Source of the DNA: an uncultured bacterium
Lineage (GTDB): Bacteria; Acidobacteriota; Thermoanaerobaculia; Multivoradales; JAHZIX01
Direction of reading: 5' to 3'
DNA length: 64,000 bases
Assembly (NCBI GenBank): GCA_965368975.1
Contig: CBDUPA010000001.1
Span: 640,001 to 704,000 of the forward strand
Shown here: positions 37,470 to 48,212 of the stretch, piece by piece
Layout: each line of letters opens with the position of its first letter
How positions within the stretch are numbered: position 1 is the stretch's first letter
Notes under the pieces: model-generated
What the model was told of the DNA's origin: nothing
The model's input: only the letters and a program-made list of their open reading frames with translations
Databases searched by the model: none
Translations under genes and position numbers: made by a program

Positions 37470-39575
37470 TCAACCCCCGCTGGCCGCGGCGTCGCGCGTG
37501 TGCGGTGCGTCCGGCAAGCTCAGGGTACGACTGGCTTCGGCTTGTGTGACGGTGGGTTGGAACACGCCCGTGCTCTCTTCCAGGCCGGGCAAGACGAGGT
37601 CCAGAAACTCCTGCCGGTAGCGCCGGTAGTTCAGCTTCGCCACCAGCGTGATCGGACCGGTCGCGTCGCGAGGGAGTGCCAGTTGGTAGACGTGGGAGTC
37701 CGAGTAGGCCGGGAAAACGACGCGTGTTCCTTTGCCTCCAGCCTTGTTCCACAGCTCGTGCCGCTTGAGAACGTTGCCGGCTTCGTCGACCGGCAAGGAC
37801 TCGAGCACCAGGGTGTCGGGGGCGTCGATGTCGTGCTCGCGCCCGCCCGTGCCCAGAATACGGCGGCTCTCCGGGTCGATTGCCCCCCACTCCGCCAGCA
37901 CCTGTCCGTTGCCGTCGAGGGCGCGCAGGTGCACCCACGAGCGGATGAAGTCGAGCGGGCCGGTGATGAAGTTGTGTCCCGCCTTGCGGTTGGTGACCAG
38001 CACCCGCACCTCGACGCTCTGGCCCGCTGCTGCCTGCTCGGGCGCCACGATCTGCAGTCCGACGACGGGTCCTGCCGGCCACAGGTGGGCGATCTCCGGC
38101 AGTACGTTTTCGCCGCGCACCCATTGTTCGGTCAGTTGAACTTGCTCCTGCCACTGTGGCAGACGCAACAGCGCCGGCATGAAGTTGTTGGTGGCGATGA
38201 AGCCGTGATGGCGATGAGCGCCATCGTCGGCGCCACGCCGCCGGTCCTCGGCTTCACCGTGACTGGGGTCGCGCGAGTCGTAGACCAGCCGCATGTGGCA
38301 GTCGCGACAGGCCAAGTCGGTTTCCGGGTCGTCGCTGTGCCAGTGGCTGTTCTTCCACTCGTCGTACTGGTTCTGACCGCTGACCAGGCCGAAGCGGTTG
38401 AGCGCTTCCGGGATGAACTGCTTGTGGCAAGCACCACAGTACTCCGGGGTTCGCAAGACACCCCGGTCGTAATCCTCCAAGTGCTGGCGAGGATACGCAC
38501 GGATCAGAAAGTCAGCCACGATCTTGTCCCAGCCGCGACCTAGCTCTCCCAGGTACTTGACTGGTGGCGTCAGCACATAGTCCGCGTTGCCCCGCTGGTC
38601 GACCTGCGAAATGGCGTGGCACGCCACGCACGAGATGCCTTCGTTGACGCCGGGTGCCGACAGGCTCTGGTTGCTCATGTCCTTGGCACCGGCGAAGAGT
38701 GAGATGGGATCGTGGCAGCCCGCGCAGTAGCGCGTCTCCGTGGCTTCTCGCTGCTCGGCGAAGAGCTTCTGGACCGCCTGGAACGGTGGATTCATCGCGG
38801 CGAAGCGGTGAGCGCTGGGCTCCCACTCGGCGAGAATCTCCTCATGGCAGCCGGAACTGCCGCAGGAAGCGGAGCCGGCCAGCAGCGCCGGCTCGACCAG
38901 TTGCAGGCTCTCGGTGCGGGCGTAGGTGGGGGCGAAGGGATTGCCCCGGTACTCGTCGAATTGCTGGGCGTACGTTGGCAGGCTGTAGTCTTCCGGCACC
39001 GCATGCTGAAAGTTGTGCCGTGGCCACCACAGGACCGTGGCCCCGAGGATCGCCAGCACCACCACCAACTGGACGCTGCTTCGTCGCGGCAGCGCCAGCA
39101 GCGCAGCGCGCAACGGCATGTCCCGTCGTGCTGCCGGCCAGCGGCGCAGGAAAGCGAGCAGTACGTGGCCGATCGTCAAGGCCGTCACCGCGAGGCCGGA
39201 GACCAGGTGGACGAGATCCCAGAATGCGGACAGGCGGGGGCCAAAAGCTGCATTCGCGGCGTTGACCAGGCCGCTGACCAAGGCTACGAGTACGCCCGCC
39301 AGCAGCACATAGCCGAGAACCATCTCGGCCGTCGCCTTCTGCCGCCACCAGTCACCCACATGACGCCACAGGTAGCGAGGCACGAGCAGGACGATCAGCA
39401 ACCCGACCGCGGTGTGGATCAGCACCAGGAGCTGTGAGAACACCGAGAAAGGGCCGAGAAACAGCCACAGGCCGGAGACACCGAGCAGTACCAGGGCCGC
39501 GCTGATGGCGGCGGCGAGCCACCAGCTCCAACCTCGCAGCGCCAGATCTCGTGCTGTCCGTTGCTCGTTGCCCAT
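37470..39575 (-). CDS. Membrane-bound multiheme c-type cytochrome
   Basis: About 5 N-terminal TM helices with intramembrane His residues; CxxCH motifs CAGCH, CVACH, CGACH, CRDCH plus CGSSGCH; AGHNFITG. Confidence 0.88.
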   Translation of the reverse strand: MGNEQRTARDLALRGWSWWLAAAISAALVLLGVSGLWLFLGPFSVFSQLLVLIHTAVGLLIVLLVPRYLWRHVGDWWRQKATAEMVLGYVLLAGVLVALVSGLVNAANAAFGPRLSAFWDLVHLVSGLAVTALTIGHVLLAFLRRWPAARRDMPLRAALLALPRRSSVQLVVVLAILGATVLWWPRHNFQHAVPEDYSLPTYAQQFDEYRGNPFAPTYARTESLQLVEPALLAGSASCGSSGCHEEILAEWEPSAHRFAAMNPPFQAVQKLFAEQREATETRYCAGCHDPISLFAGAKDMSNQSLSAPGVNEGISCVACHAISQVDQRGNADYVLTPPVKYLGELGRGWDKIVADFLIRAYPRQHLEDYDRGVLRTPEYCGACHKQFIPEALNRFGLVSGQNQYDEWKNSHWHSDDPETDLACRDCHMRLVYDSRDPSHGEAEDRRRGADDGAHRHHGFIATNNFMPALLRLPQWQEQVQLTEQWVRGENVLPEIAHLWPAGPVVGLQIVAPEQAAAGQSVEVRVLVTNRKAGHNFITGPLDFIRSWVHLRALDGNGQVLAEWGAIDPESRRILGTGGREHDIDAPDTLVLESLPVDEAGNVLKRHELWNKAGGKGTRVVFPAYSDSHVYQLALPRDATGPITLVAKLNYRRYRQEFLDLVLPGLEESTGVFQPTVTQAEASRTLSLPDAPHTRDAAASGG

Positions 39576-39624
39576 GTCGTTGCTCCTGTGTTGTCTAGGT
39601 TGCGAGTGAGCGCTTGGGCTCCGG

Positions 39625-40224
39625 TCAGAAGGCGTTCAGCACCAGCGCCAGATCCTCGCCGATGGCGCGCAAGTTGCGGTTCATCAGCTCGACGTAGCCA
39701 CCACCGCCCAGACCCACGCCCGAGCGTCGTTCCTGCGTGATGCGCAGCAGCACCGCACCGGAACGCCCGTCCTTGACCACGATGCTCAGCTTGGTGCGCG
39801 CGGCTCCAGCGCCAAACCCGGCCCAGTAGCGCGCGGCCCGCGAACCTGGGTCGCATTCCAGAACGATGGTCTCGACCACCAATCCGTCGCGCCCCTTGCC
39901 TTGCTCGATCGTCACGCCTTCCATTTCTTCGCGCAAGCCGCGAACCAGCGAGGGCTCCGGACTCGCCAGCACCTGCAGCACCGGTTCGTAGGTGTTGTCA
40001 TCTTCTTCAGGTAGCTCGGTTTCCGATGAGTCGAACTTGGCGATGTAGATCTTGGGGTAGTCGGACATCGAGAAGGTCTGGACGATTTCCAGTTGATCGA
40101 TGTCTCCCTTCCAATCTTCGTACTCGCCCGGCTCCGTGCTCGCGCGCTTGCGCCGGGCATCGGCGGCGGCAGGGAGCACCAGAGCCAGCACCAGCAAGGC
40201 AACAACAGATCGGTGCAGCTTCAT
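39625..40224 (-). CDS. Secreted DUF4410-like protein
   Basis: Signal peptide; DPGSRAARYWAGFGAG motif. Confidence 0.78.
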   Translation of the reverse strand: MKLHRSVVALLVLALVLPAAADARRKRASTEPGEYEDWKGDIDQLEIVQTFSMSDYPKIYIAKFDSSETELPEEDDNTYEPVLQVLASPEPSLVRGLREEMEGVTIEQGKGRDGLVVETIVLECDPGSRAARYWAGFGAGAARTKLSIVVKDGRSGAVLLRITQERRSGVGLGGGGYVELMNRNLRAIGEDLALVLNAF

Positions 40225-40368
40225 CGGAAATCTCCTTCGTCAAGATGTCTGTGGATGAGATCCCAGTTTACCTCAGTCAGGTTTGGGATGTCCTCCCTCT
40301 CAGTCCACGAACCGGAGTTTGTCCCGCCACGGCTCTGGTATCTTCATTTTGGACCTGAGGAGACTGCC

Positions 40369-40695
40369 ATGCCCTACGACGAAGGCCTTGCCCAACGCAT
40401 CCGCGAAACTCTCGACCCTCCCGGCCTCACCGAGAAGAAGATGTTCGGCGGTCTCTGCTTCCTCCTGCACGGCAATATGTGCGTGGGGGTCACCGGTGAG
40501 GAGCTGATGGTGCGCGTCGGCCCCGGCGCCTACGCCGAGTCCCTGGCGCAGCCACACGCGCGCGAGATGGACTTCACCGGCAAGCCGCTCAAAGGCTTCG
40601 TGTTTGTCGCGCCGGAGGGCTTCGAAGACGATGAAGACCTACGAGCCTGGATTGAGCGTGGGGCTGCCTTTGCTTTGTCTCTGCCCGAGAAGTAG
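40369..40695 (+). CDS. TfoX/Sxy N-terminal domain protein
   Basis: MPYDEGLAQRIR..EKKMFGGLCFLLHGNM..LMVRV..MDFTGKPLKGFVFV..SLPEK; GAGG RBS. Confidence 0.88.
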   Translation: MPYDEGLAQRIRETLDPPGLTEKKMFGGLCFLLHGNMCVGVTGEELMVRVGPGAYAESLAQPHAREMDFTGKPLKGFVFVAPEGFEDDEDLRAWIERGAAFALSLPEK

Positions 40696-40709
40696 CGTAC
40701 TGGACGAAG

Positions 40710-41072
40710 ATGGATCGGGACAAGAACCGAGAGGTGGGCGGGAAGAAAGGAAGCCAACACCTGATCTTCGGCGCGCTCGACGGGCAGCCCATCGAGCCCA
40801 CGCTGGAGAAGGTGCAGCAGATGCACGCCGTGGCGCTCGAGCTGCGCGGGACGCTGTTCGAGGTCCCGGCCGGCTGGAAGATGGTGCCGGTGCCGACGGA
40901 TTCGCGTTTGCTGAGGGTCAAAGTGCCTCACGGTGAGACCTGGATCTGGGATCCGAGGGCACCGGAAGCGCCGACCCTAGCGCGGTGGATGGGCGGGGTC
41001 GGGATCTACCCAGATGAAGACGAGGGGCTGTTCCTGCACGTCGACGCGCGGGGGTTCAGAGCTGACTGGTGA
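40710..41072 (+). CDS. Hypothetical protein
   Basis: 120-aa ORF 14 nt after the tfoX-like gene; C-terminal GGVGIY..FLHVDARG resembles peptidase M15-like tails (weak). Confidence 0.55.
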   Translation: MDRDKNREVGGKKGSQHLIFGALDGQPIEPTLEKVQQMHAVALELRGTLFEVPAGWKMVPVPTDSRLLRVKVPHGETWIWDPRAPEAPTLARWMGGVGIYPDEDEGLFLHVDARGFRADW

Positions 41073-41087
41073 GGTCGGGGCTTCTGA

Positions 41088-41993
41088 TTACTCAGAAGGT
41101 TCGCAGGGCCAGTGATCTGGGCGGGGCAGACCTTCGGGAAGTTTGGTTTCTTCGTCACCACAGGCAGAGTCTAGTTGTACCTGAGTGAGGTCATAGGCCC
41201 CGCGCAGGTCCGCAGATCTCAGGTTCGCCTCACCCAGGTCCGCCCCGCTCAGGTTCGCCCCGCCCAGATCCGCCAAGACCAAGTCCGCCCCGTTCAGAGT
41301 CACCTCGCCCAGGTCCGCCAAGACCAAGTCCGCCCCGAGCAGGTTCGCCTCTCTCAGGTCCGCCCCGATCAAGTCCGCCCCGTTCAGAGTCACCCCGCCC
41401 AGGTCTGCCCCGCGCAGGTCTGTCCCGATCAGGTACGCCCCGTCCAGGTCCGCCTGGCTCAGGTCTGTCCCGATCAGGGTCGCCCCGCTAAGGGCCGCCC
41501 CTACCAGGGTCGCCTCGCCCAGGTCCGCCTCGCTCAGGTCCGCCGCCATCAGGTTCGGCCGAACCCCTCGCCCCTGCTCAATTTCGACGAACGCCAACAC
41601 TGCTTCTTGCCGAGCCCGGACAGTCGCCTTCGGCCTGCACTCGGTCCGCTCTGCCTCGCCTACCGCTAGCGCCCCAGCCGGACTCGAAGAGGCATCGCAG
41701 ATTTCGCCGTAGATGATGGCAATCAGCTGCGCGCGCCGAACGATCAACGTGTCCGGCTTCTGCTCGTTAATCTCTTCTCGCTGCTGGCGGACCTGAGTTT
41801 GTGTCTGCCAGCTCTGCACCACAAGGACAAGGAAGCCCAGTGCAGCAACCACCGTTGCTCCCAGCTCTACATAGAACTGCCTCTTCACGGCCCGCGCCTG
41901 CTCGGTCTGGAGCAGGCGGATCGCCGCTTCAAACGCTTCTCGCGTTACGGCCTCCACGGACTGCGCCGCCTCAGGCCTGAACAGCTTCCTCAA
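41088..41993 (-). CDS. Pentapeptide repeat protein with TM helix; possibly the 3' part of a gene broken by an in-frame stop
   Basis: More than 20 A(D/N/T)Lxx repeats; C-terminal LTQVQLDSACGDEETKLP; upstream ORF 42003-42269 is in the same frame. Confidence 0.8.
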   Translation of the reverse strand: MRKLFRPEAAQSVEAVTREAFEAAIRLLQTEQARAVKRQFYVELGATVVAALGFLVLVVQSWQTQTQVRQQREEINEQKPDTLIVRRAQLIAIIYGEICDASSSPAGALAVGEAERTECRPKATVRARQEAVLAFVEIEQGRGVRPNLMAADLSEADLGEATLVGAALSGATLIGTDLSQADLDGAYLIGTDLRGADLGGVTLNGADLIGADLREANLLGADLVLADLGEVTLNGADLVLADLGGANLSGADLGEANLRSADLRGAYDLTQVQLDSACGDEETKLPEGLPRPDHWPCEPSE

Positions 41994-42331
41994 GAGAATA
42001 GTTTAGTTAGTTACCAGCTCTGCAAGCTTCACTGCCGCTCCTAGTTGGCCACTTCGACGACGTCGGGCTGTGAAGTAGAGATAGGTCACCTCCTGTACCT
42101 CTGCTAGGATTCCGTCCCAACCTTTAGAATAGGCGGAGTATCTCATGGACCTAGTAATCTGGATTCTCCTGAGTCTGTTCCCGCCCGACACCACCGCCAA
42201 GGCGTCCGCAGCTATTGTCCCGAATGGGGCGTCGGCGATGATTGATCCGAACGGGCTCTCATCCGCCATCGATCCGGACGGCCGATAGCGCCAGGCCTTT
42301 CGACCCGTGCTACACCTCCTTTAGATGAAGA

Positions 42332-42358
42332 AGGTAGAATTCATGGTAGATTCTACCT
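42332..42358. promoter_or_regulatory. Inverted repeat operator upstream of vapBC
   Basis: AGGTAGAAT-N9-ATTCTACCT, containing a nested GGTAGA-T-TCTACC palindrome, directly before the AGGAGG RBS. Confidence 0.65.
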
Positions 42359-42370
42359 AGGAGGTGCGTT

Positions 42371-42625
42371 GTGGCTTTGAGCTTGAAGAATCCGAGGGCT
42401 GAGCAGTTGGCCCGAGTCGTTGCCGCGGAAGCCGGTGAGACCCTGACTCAGGCGGTGATCCACGCCTTGGAAGAGCGCTTACAGCGACTCAAGGGGCGCC
42501 GCACGGCACCGGATACTCTGCAGTCCATTCTCGCGATTTCCGCACGCTGCAGTAGTTTGCCGGATCTTGACGAGCGCAGCATGGACGAGATCTTGGGATA
42601 TGACGAATCCGGTGCTTTCGGCTGA
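42371..42625 (+). CDS. vapB: VapB antitoxin (Rv0623-like)
   Basis: MALSLKNPRAEQLAR..GETLTQAVIHALEERL..DEILGYDESG. Confidence 0.9.
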   Translation: MALSLKNPRAEQLARVVAAEAGETLTQAVIHALEERLQRLKGRRTAPDTLQSILAISARCSSLPDLDERSMDEILGYDESGAFG

Positions 42626-43017
42626 TGGTGATCGATGCTTCGGCGCTGGTGGCGATTCTCCTGAGTGAGCCGGAAGCCGAGACCTTTGCCCGAAGTATCG
42701 CGACGGACCCCCGACGTCTGGTGGGGGGAGTGTCAGTCTTGGAAGCTTCGATTGTGCTTCGAACACGCAAAGGTCCGGCGGGTGTGCGTGAACTCGACCT
42801 GTTGATGCACGAGACGGGGATGGAGGTGGTCAGCTTGGACCTACAGCAGGTCCAGTTGGCGCGGGCTGCCTACGAGAAGTTCGGCAAGGGCCGGCACCGG
42901 GCTGCACTAAATCTGGGTGACTGCTGCAGTTATGCACTCTGCCGCGTTTCCGGAGAGTCCCTGTTGTGCAAGGGTAATGACTTCCCGTTGACAGATCTCC
43001 CGATGGTTGTGAGTTGA
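42625..43017 (+). CDS. vapC: VapC PIN-domain toxin
   Basis: MVIDASALVAIL..EPE..E..KFGKGRHRAALNLGDCCSYA..LLCKGNDF; TGATG overlap with vapB. Confidence 0.93.
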   Translation: MVIDASALVAILLSEPEAETFARSIATDPRRLVGGVSVLEASIVLRTRKGPAGVRELDLLMHETGMEVVSLDLQQVQLARAAYEKFGKGRHRAALNLGDCCSYALCRVSGESLLCKGNDFPLTDLPMVVS

Positions 43018-43065
43018 CGGCGTCTATCCGAGTCCGCCCGTTTCCCGGCATTCAGTTCTAGCATT

Positions 43066-45525
43066 TCAGTCTGCTCGCAGCGCCACCAGCGGATCGACGC
43101 GCGTCGCCCGCCGGGCCGGAATCAAGCAGGCGAAGACAGCGGCGACCAGGATGGCAAGGGCGGCGGTAGCGAAGGCACTGAGGGACGTCGGCGCTGTGTC
43201 GAAAAGCATGGCCTGGATCAGGCGGCTGAGGCCGAGGGCGGCGAGCAGGCCGAGGACGATGCCGTAGCCGGCCAGGCGCAGGCCCTGGTGCAGGATCAGG
43301 CGGAGGGTGGCACCGGCATCGGCGCCGAGGGCTTGGCGGATGCCGATCTCGTGCGTGCGCTGGGCGACGGTGTAGGACATGACGCCGTAGATGCCGACGA
43401 CCGCGAGTGCTAGCGCTAGTGCGGCGAACAGGCCGAGCAGCAAGGTGCTGAAGCGGCGGGCGGCGAGGTTGCCGGCCATCAGGTCGGCCATGGTGCGCAG
43501 GTCGGAAATTGGCTGCTCGGGATTGAGGGCCAGAATCTCGCGCCGTACCAGGGGACCGTAGCTGGCGGGATTACCGCTGGTGCGCACCACCCAGGCGGTG
43601 GGGAAGAGGTCGGCGAGGAAGCCGGTGGTGCCGTCGGAGGCTTGAGTGTCGGCGGTGAAGACGGTGGGAGTCGGGGGACGGTCGAGCGCCAGTTCGCTGA
43701 CGTCGCCGACCACGCCGACGATCAGGTCGGGCGGCGTGTCCGAGCCCGGTGGACCGGTGAGGAGACGACGGCCGATGGGGTTCTCGTCGGGGAAGTACTG
43801 CTCGGCCAGCGCCTCATTGACGACCACCACCGTTGGTGCGTCGAGAGAATCGTGGCTGTCGAAGGTGCGCCCGCGCAGCAGGGGGATTCCCATGGTGTGG
43901 AAGTAGTCGGCCGAGATCTGACGCCACTGGCCGCGACCTTGACGCGTTGCAGCATCTGCGGGCTCGCGGCCTTCGACGTCGAAAATGTACATCAGGCCGT
44001 GTTCGAGCGGCAGCATGGAAACAGTGGCGGCAGCTTCGATGCCAGGGTTCTGCAGCAGGCGCTCGACGGCGCGCTCGGTGAACCGGGTCACCTGAGACGT
44101 CGTCAGGCTGGCGGTTTCACCCTGCCTCTCGGGGGTGGGCGACATCTTGAAGGTCAGGATCTGCTCGTAGTCATAGCCCGGGTCGAGGGCGGTGACCTTG
44201 AGGAAGCTCTGCACCAGGAGTAGGGCCCCGACCAGGAGCACCAGGGCCAGTGCGACCTCGGCGACGACCAGGGCGCCCCGTCCTCGGCTACGCTGCCCGC
44301 CGGTGCCCTGGGCGCTCTTGAGCGCCGCTTGCAGATCGGCTTTGGAGCCGTGCCAGGCGGGGATCAGGCCGAACAGGATGCCGGTCAGTAGGGTGACGGC
44401 GAAGGTGAAGCCGATCACCAAGACATCGATCTCAATGCCGTCGAGACGCGGCAGGCCGCTCGGCGTCCAGCGCACCAGGACGCCCATGCCAGCGCGCGCT
44501 AGGAGCAGACCGAGGGCGCCGCCGGTCAGTGCCAAGACCAGGCTTTCGACCAGCAGCTGGCGTAGCAGCTGCATTCGGCTGGCACCTAGCGATGCGCGCA
44601 CGGCGATCTCGCGGCGGCGGCCACGGGCCCGCGCCAGCAGAAGGTTGGCGACGTTGGCGCAGGCGATCAGCAAGACGAGGCCGACGGCGCCGAGGAGCAT
44701 CAACAGTGCCGGCCGCACGTTACCGACGAGTTGATCGAGGTAAGGGCGTACGAAGATGCTGACGCCGTCGCGCAGCAGCTGTGGGTGCTCGGCGCGCAGC
44801 GATTCGGCGATGGCGGCCATCTCCGAGCGTGCTGCGTCGACGGAACGGTCCGGATGCAGGCGGGCGAGCGTGTAGTAAACGGCGGCGCCGCCTTGTGGAT
44901 TGAACTCGAGGTGCAGCGGTGTCCAGACATCGGCGTGGTTGATGAAGTCGAAGCCGTTCGCCATCACGCCGACCACGGTGTGTTCCTCGCCGCTCAGGCG
45001 GATCGGTCGGCCGACGATGGCGGGGTCGGCGGCGAAGCGCCGGCGCCACAGGCCATCGCTGATCATCGCCACCTTGGCGGCCCCGGGTTCGCCGTCCGCC
45101 TCGGTGAAGTCGCGTCCGACTTGTGGCGGCACGCCCAGGACGCGGAAGAAGGACGGCGAGACGCCCAGGCTGGCTACGCGCTCTGGGCGGTCACCAGCTG
45201 CCAGTTCTCCGGGCACCAGGTTGAGCCCGCCGCCGCGGCCTTCATACAGGGCCATGTCGCTGAAGCAGCCATTGTGCTCACGCCAGTAGAGGTACTGGCT
45301 GATCGTCACCGCATTGGACTGGCCGGCGGGCAACTGGCGGCCGATCTGCAGCAACTCTTCCGGTTGTGCGTAGGGCAGGGGGTCGAGGAGGACGCGATCA
45401 AGCACGCTGAACAGCGCGGTATTGGCGCCGATGCCGAGCGCCAGCACGGTCACGGCGACGGCGGTGAAGCCACGGTTCTTGGTCATCGATCGCAGGGCGT
45501 GGCGCAGATCCCGGGTGAAGCTCAT
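43066..45525 (-). CDS. ADOP-type duplicated ABC permease (MacB/FtsX-like)
   Basis: DLRHALRS..LALGIGANTALFS, LLIACANVANLLLAR..EIAVRASLGA, GIYGVMSY..RTHEIGIR.ALGA, PARRATRVDPLVALR. Confidence 0.93.
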   Translation of the reverse strand: MSFTRDLRHALRSMTKNRGFTAVAVTVLALGIGANTALFSVLDRVLLDPLPYAQPEELLQIGRQLPAGQSNAVTISQYLYWREHNGCFSDMALYEGRGGGLNLVPGELAAGDRPERVASLGVSPSFFRVLGVPPQVGRDFTEADGEPGAAKVAMISDGLWRRRFAADPAIVGRPIRLSGEEHTVVGVMANGFDFINHADVWTPLHLEFNPQGGAAVYYTLARLHPDRSVDAARSEMAAIAESLRAEHPQLLRDGVSIFVRPYLDQLVGNVRPALLMLLGAVGLVLLIACANVANLLLARARGRRREIAVRASLGASRMQLLRQLLVESLVLALTGGALGLLLARAGMGVLVRWTPSGLPRLDGIEIDVLVIGFTFAVTLLTGILFGLIPAWHGSKADLQAALKSAQGTGGQRSRGRGALVVAEVALALVLLVGALLLVQSFLKVTALDPGYDYEQILTFKMSPTPERQGETASLTTSQVTRFTERAVERLLQNPGIEAAATVSMLPLEHGLMYIFDVEGREPADAATRQGRGQWRQISADYFHTMGIPLLRGRTFDSHDSLDAPTVVVVNEALAEQYFPDENPIGRRLLTGPPGSDTPPDLIVGVVGDVSELALDRPPTPTVFTADTQASDGTTGFLADLFPTAWVVRTSGNPASYGPLVRREILALNPEQPISDLRTMADLMAGNLAARRFSTLLLGLFAALALALAVVGIYGVMSYTVAQRTHEIGIRQALGADAGATLRLILHQGLRLAGYGIVLGLLAALGLSRLIQAMLFDTAPTSLSAFATAALAILVAAVFACLIPARRATRVDPLVALRAD

Positions 45526-45691
45526 CAGCGTCTCCTTTCGGCCAGTAACCAGTGCCGGTAGCCAGGTTCTATCGTTTCCATACGGCGCGCGCGGCGGAGG
45601 GTTCTCTCTCGCGCCCGTCCTGGGGTGATTGCCGGGGACACGGTATGATCACCGCCTGTGGCAACTCAGGACGATTTCGCGAGGAGGCGAT

Positions 45692-47479
<1,788 letters not shown>

Positions 47480-47567
47480 CGGGAGCCGCGGCGAGGGTTA
47501 CAATCGCTGCGAGACTTCGAATCTGGTACGATCTGCAGGTTCCGACGTTCCCAGCGAGGTATCGACC

Positions 47568-48209
47568 GTGACCCCAAGCCCGGAATTGCATCTGCGGCCG
47601 CTCTTCCCGACCCTGCTCGGGCAGGCGGATTTTGCGGCGGCCGCGGACCTCAATCCGCAATTGGCAGCGTATCTCCTGCAATGCGAGCAGGCCGAAGTGG
47701 GCGTTGCGCCTCGCACCACCGTGCGTCACGGTTGGCAGAGTGAGCTGGGTTTTCTCGACCGAGACCTGGAAGAGCTGGCGCCGCTGCGCGCCTTCTTCAA
47801 TCGCTCGATCGAAGCCTGGTTGGCCGAGCACGGCCGCTTCACACCCAGCAGTCCGGCGCCCGCGGGGTGGACGTACAGCTACCAGGGTTGGGCGGTGGTT
47901 CTGCGCCAGGGTGGCTTCCAGCACCAGCATGTCCACACGCGCACCGACCTGGTCGGTGTCTACTGCGTTGCGACTCCTTGGCGGCAGGGAGAGGCCGCTT
48001 CCGGCCACCTGACCCTGATCGATCCACGCGGTGGTCGGCTGGCGAATCGGCTGGCCTGGGAGGCGGACCGAATCGAGATCGAGCCGGTACCGGGGCGTTT
48101 GCTCCTGTTCCCGAGCTTCTTGCCGCACCGCGTGGAAGAGGTTCGTCAGCCGGGAGCGCGGATCACCATCAACTTCGACGTCACCATTCAGCCGAACACA
48201 AGGAGATGA
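47568..48209 (+). CDS. Putative 2OG-Fe(II) oxygenase (TIGR02466-like)
   Basis: LFPT, GWQS, WAVV, HxH (HVH), LVGVY, DPR, LLLFPSFLPHRV, RITINFD. Confidence 0.87.
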   Translation: MTPSPELHLRPLFPTLLGQADFAAAADLNPQLAAYLLQCEQAEVGVAPRTTVRHGWQSELGFLDRDLEELAPLRAFFNRSIEAWLAEHGRFTPSSPAPAGWTYSYQGWAVVLRQGGFQHQHVHTRTDLVGVYCVATPWRQGEAASGHLTLIDPRGGRLANRLAWEADRIEIEPVPGRLLLFPSFLPHRVEEVRQPGARITINFDVTIQPNTRR

Positions 48210-48212
48210 ACC

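Noticed and set aside
37462-38154. N-terminal extension of the 850-aa CRTAC1 ORF
   Set aside because: Arg-rich out-of-frame read of the cytochrome gene, typical of high-GC DNA.
41200-41550. 15-bp periodic repeats as a DNA repeat array
   Set aside because: Explained by pentapeptide-repeat coding on the minus strand.
40369-43017. Possible prophage or integrative element around the tfoX-like, pentapeptide and vapBC genes
   Set aside because: No integrase, transposase, phage gene or flanking att/terminal repeats were seen; it is only a variable patch.
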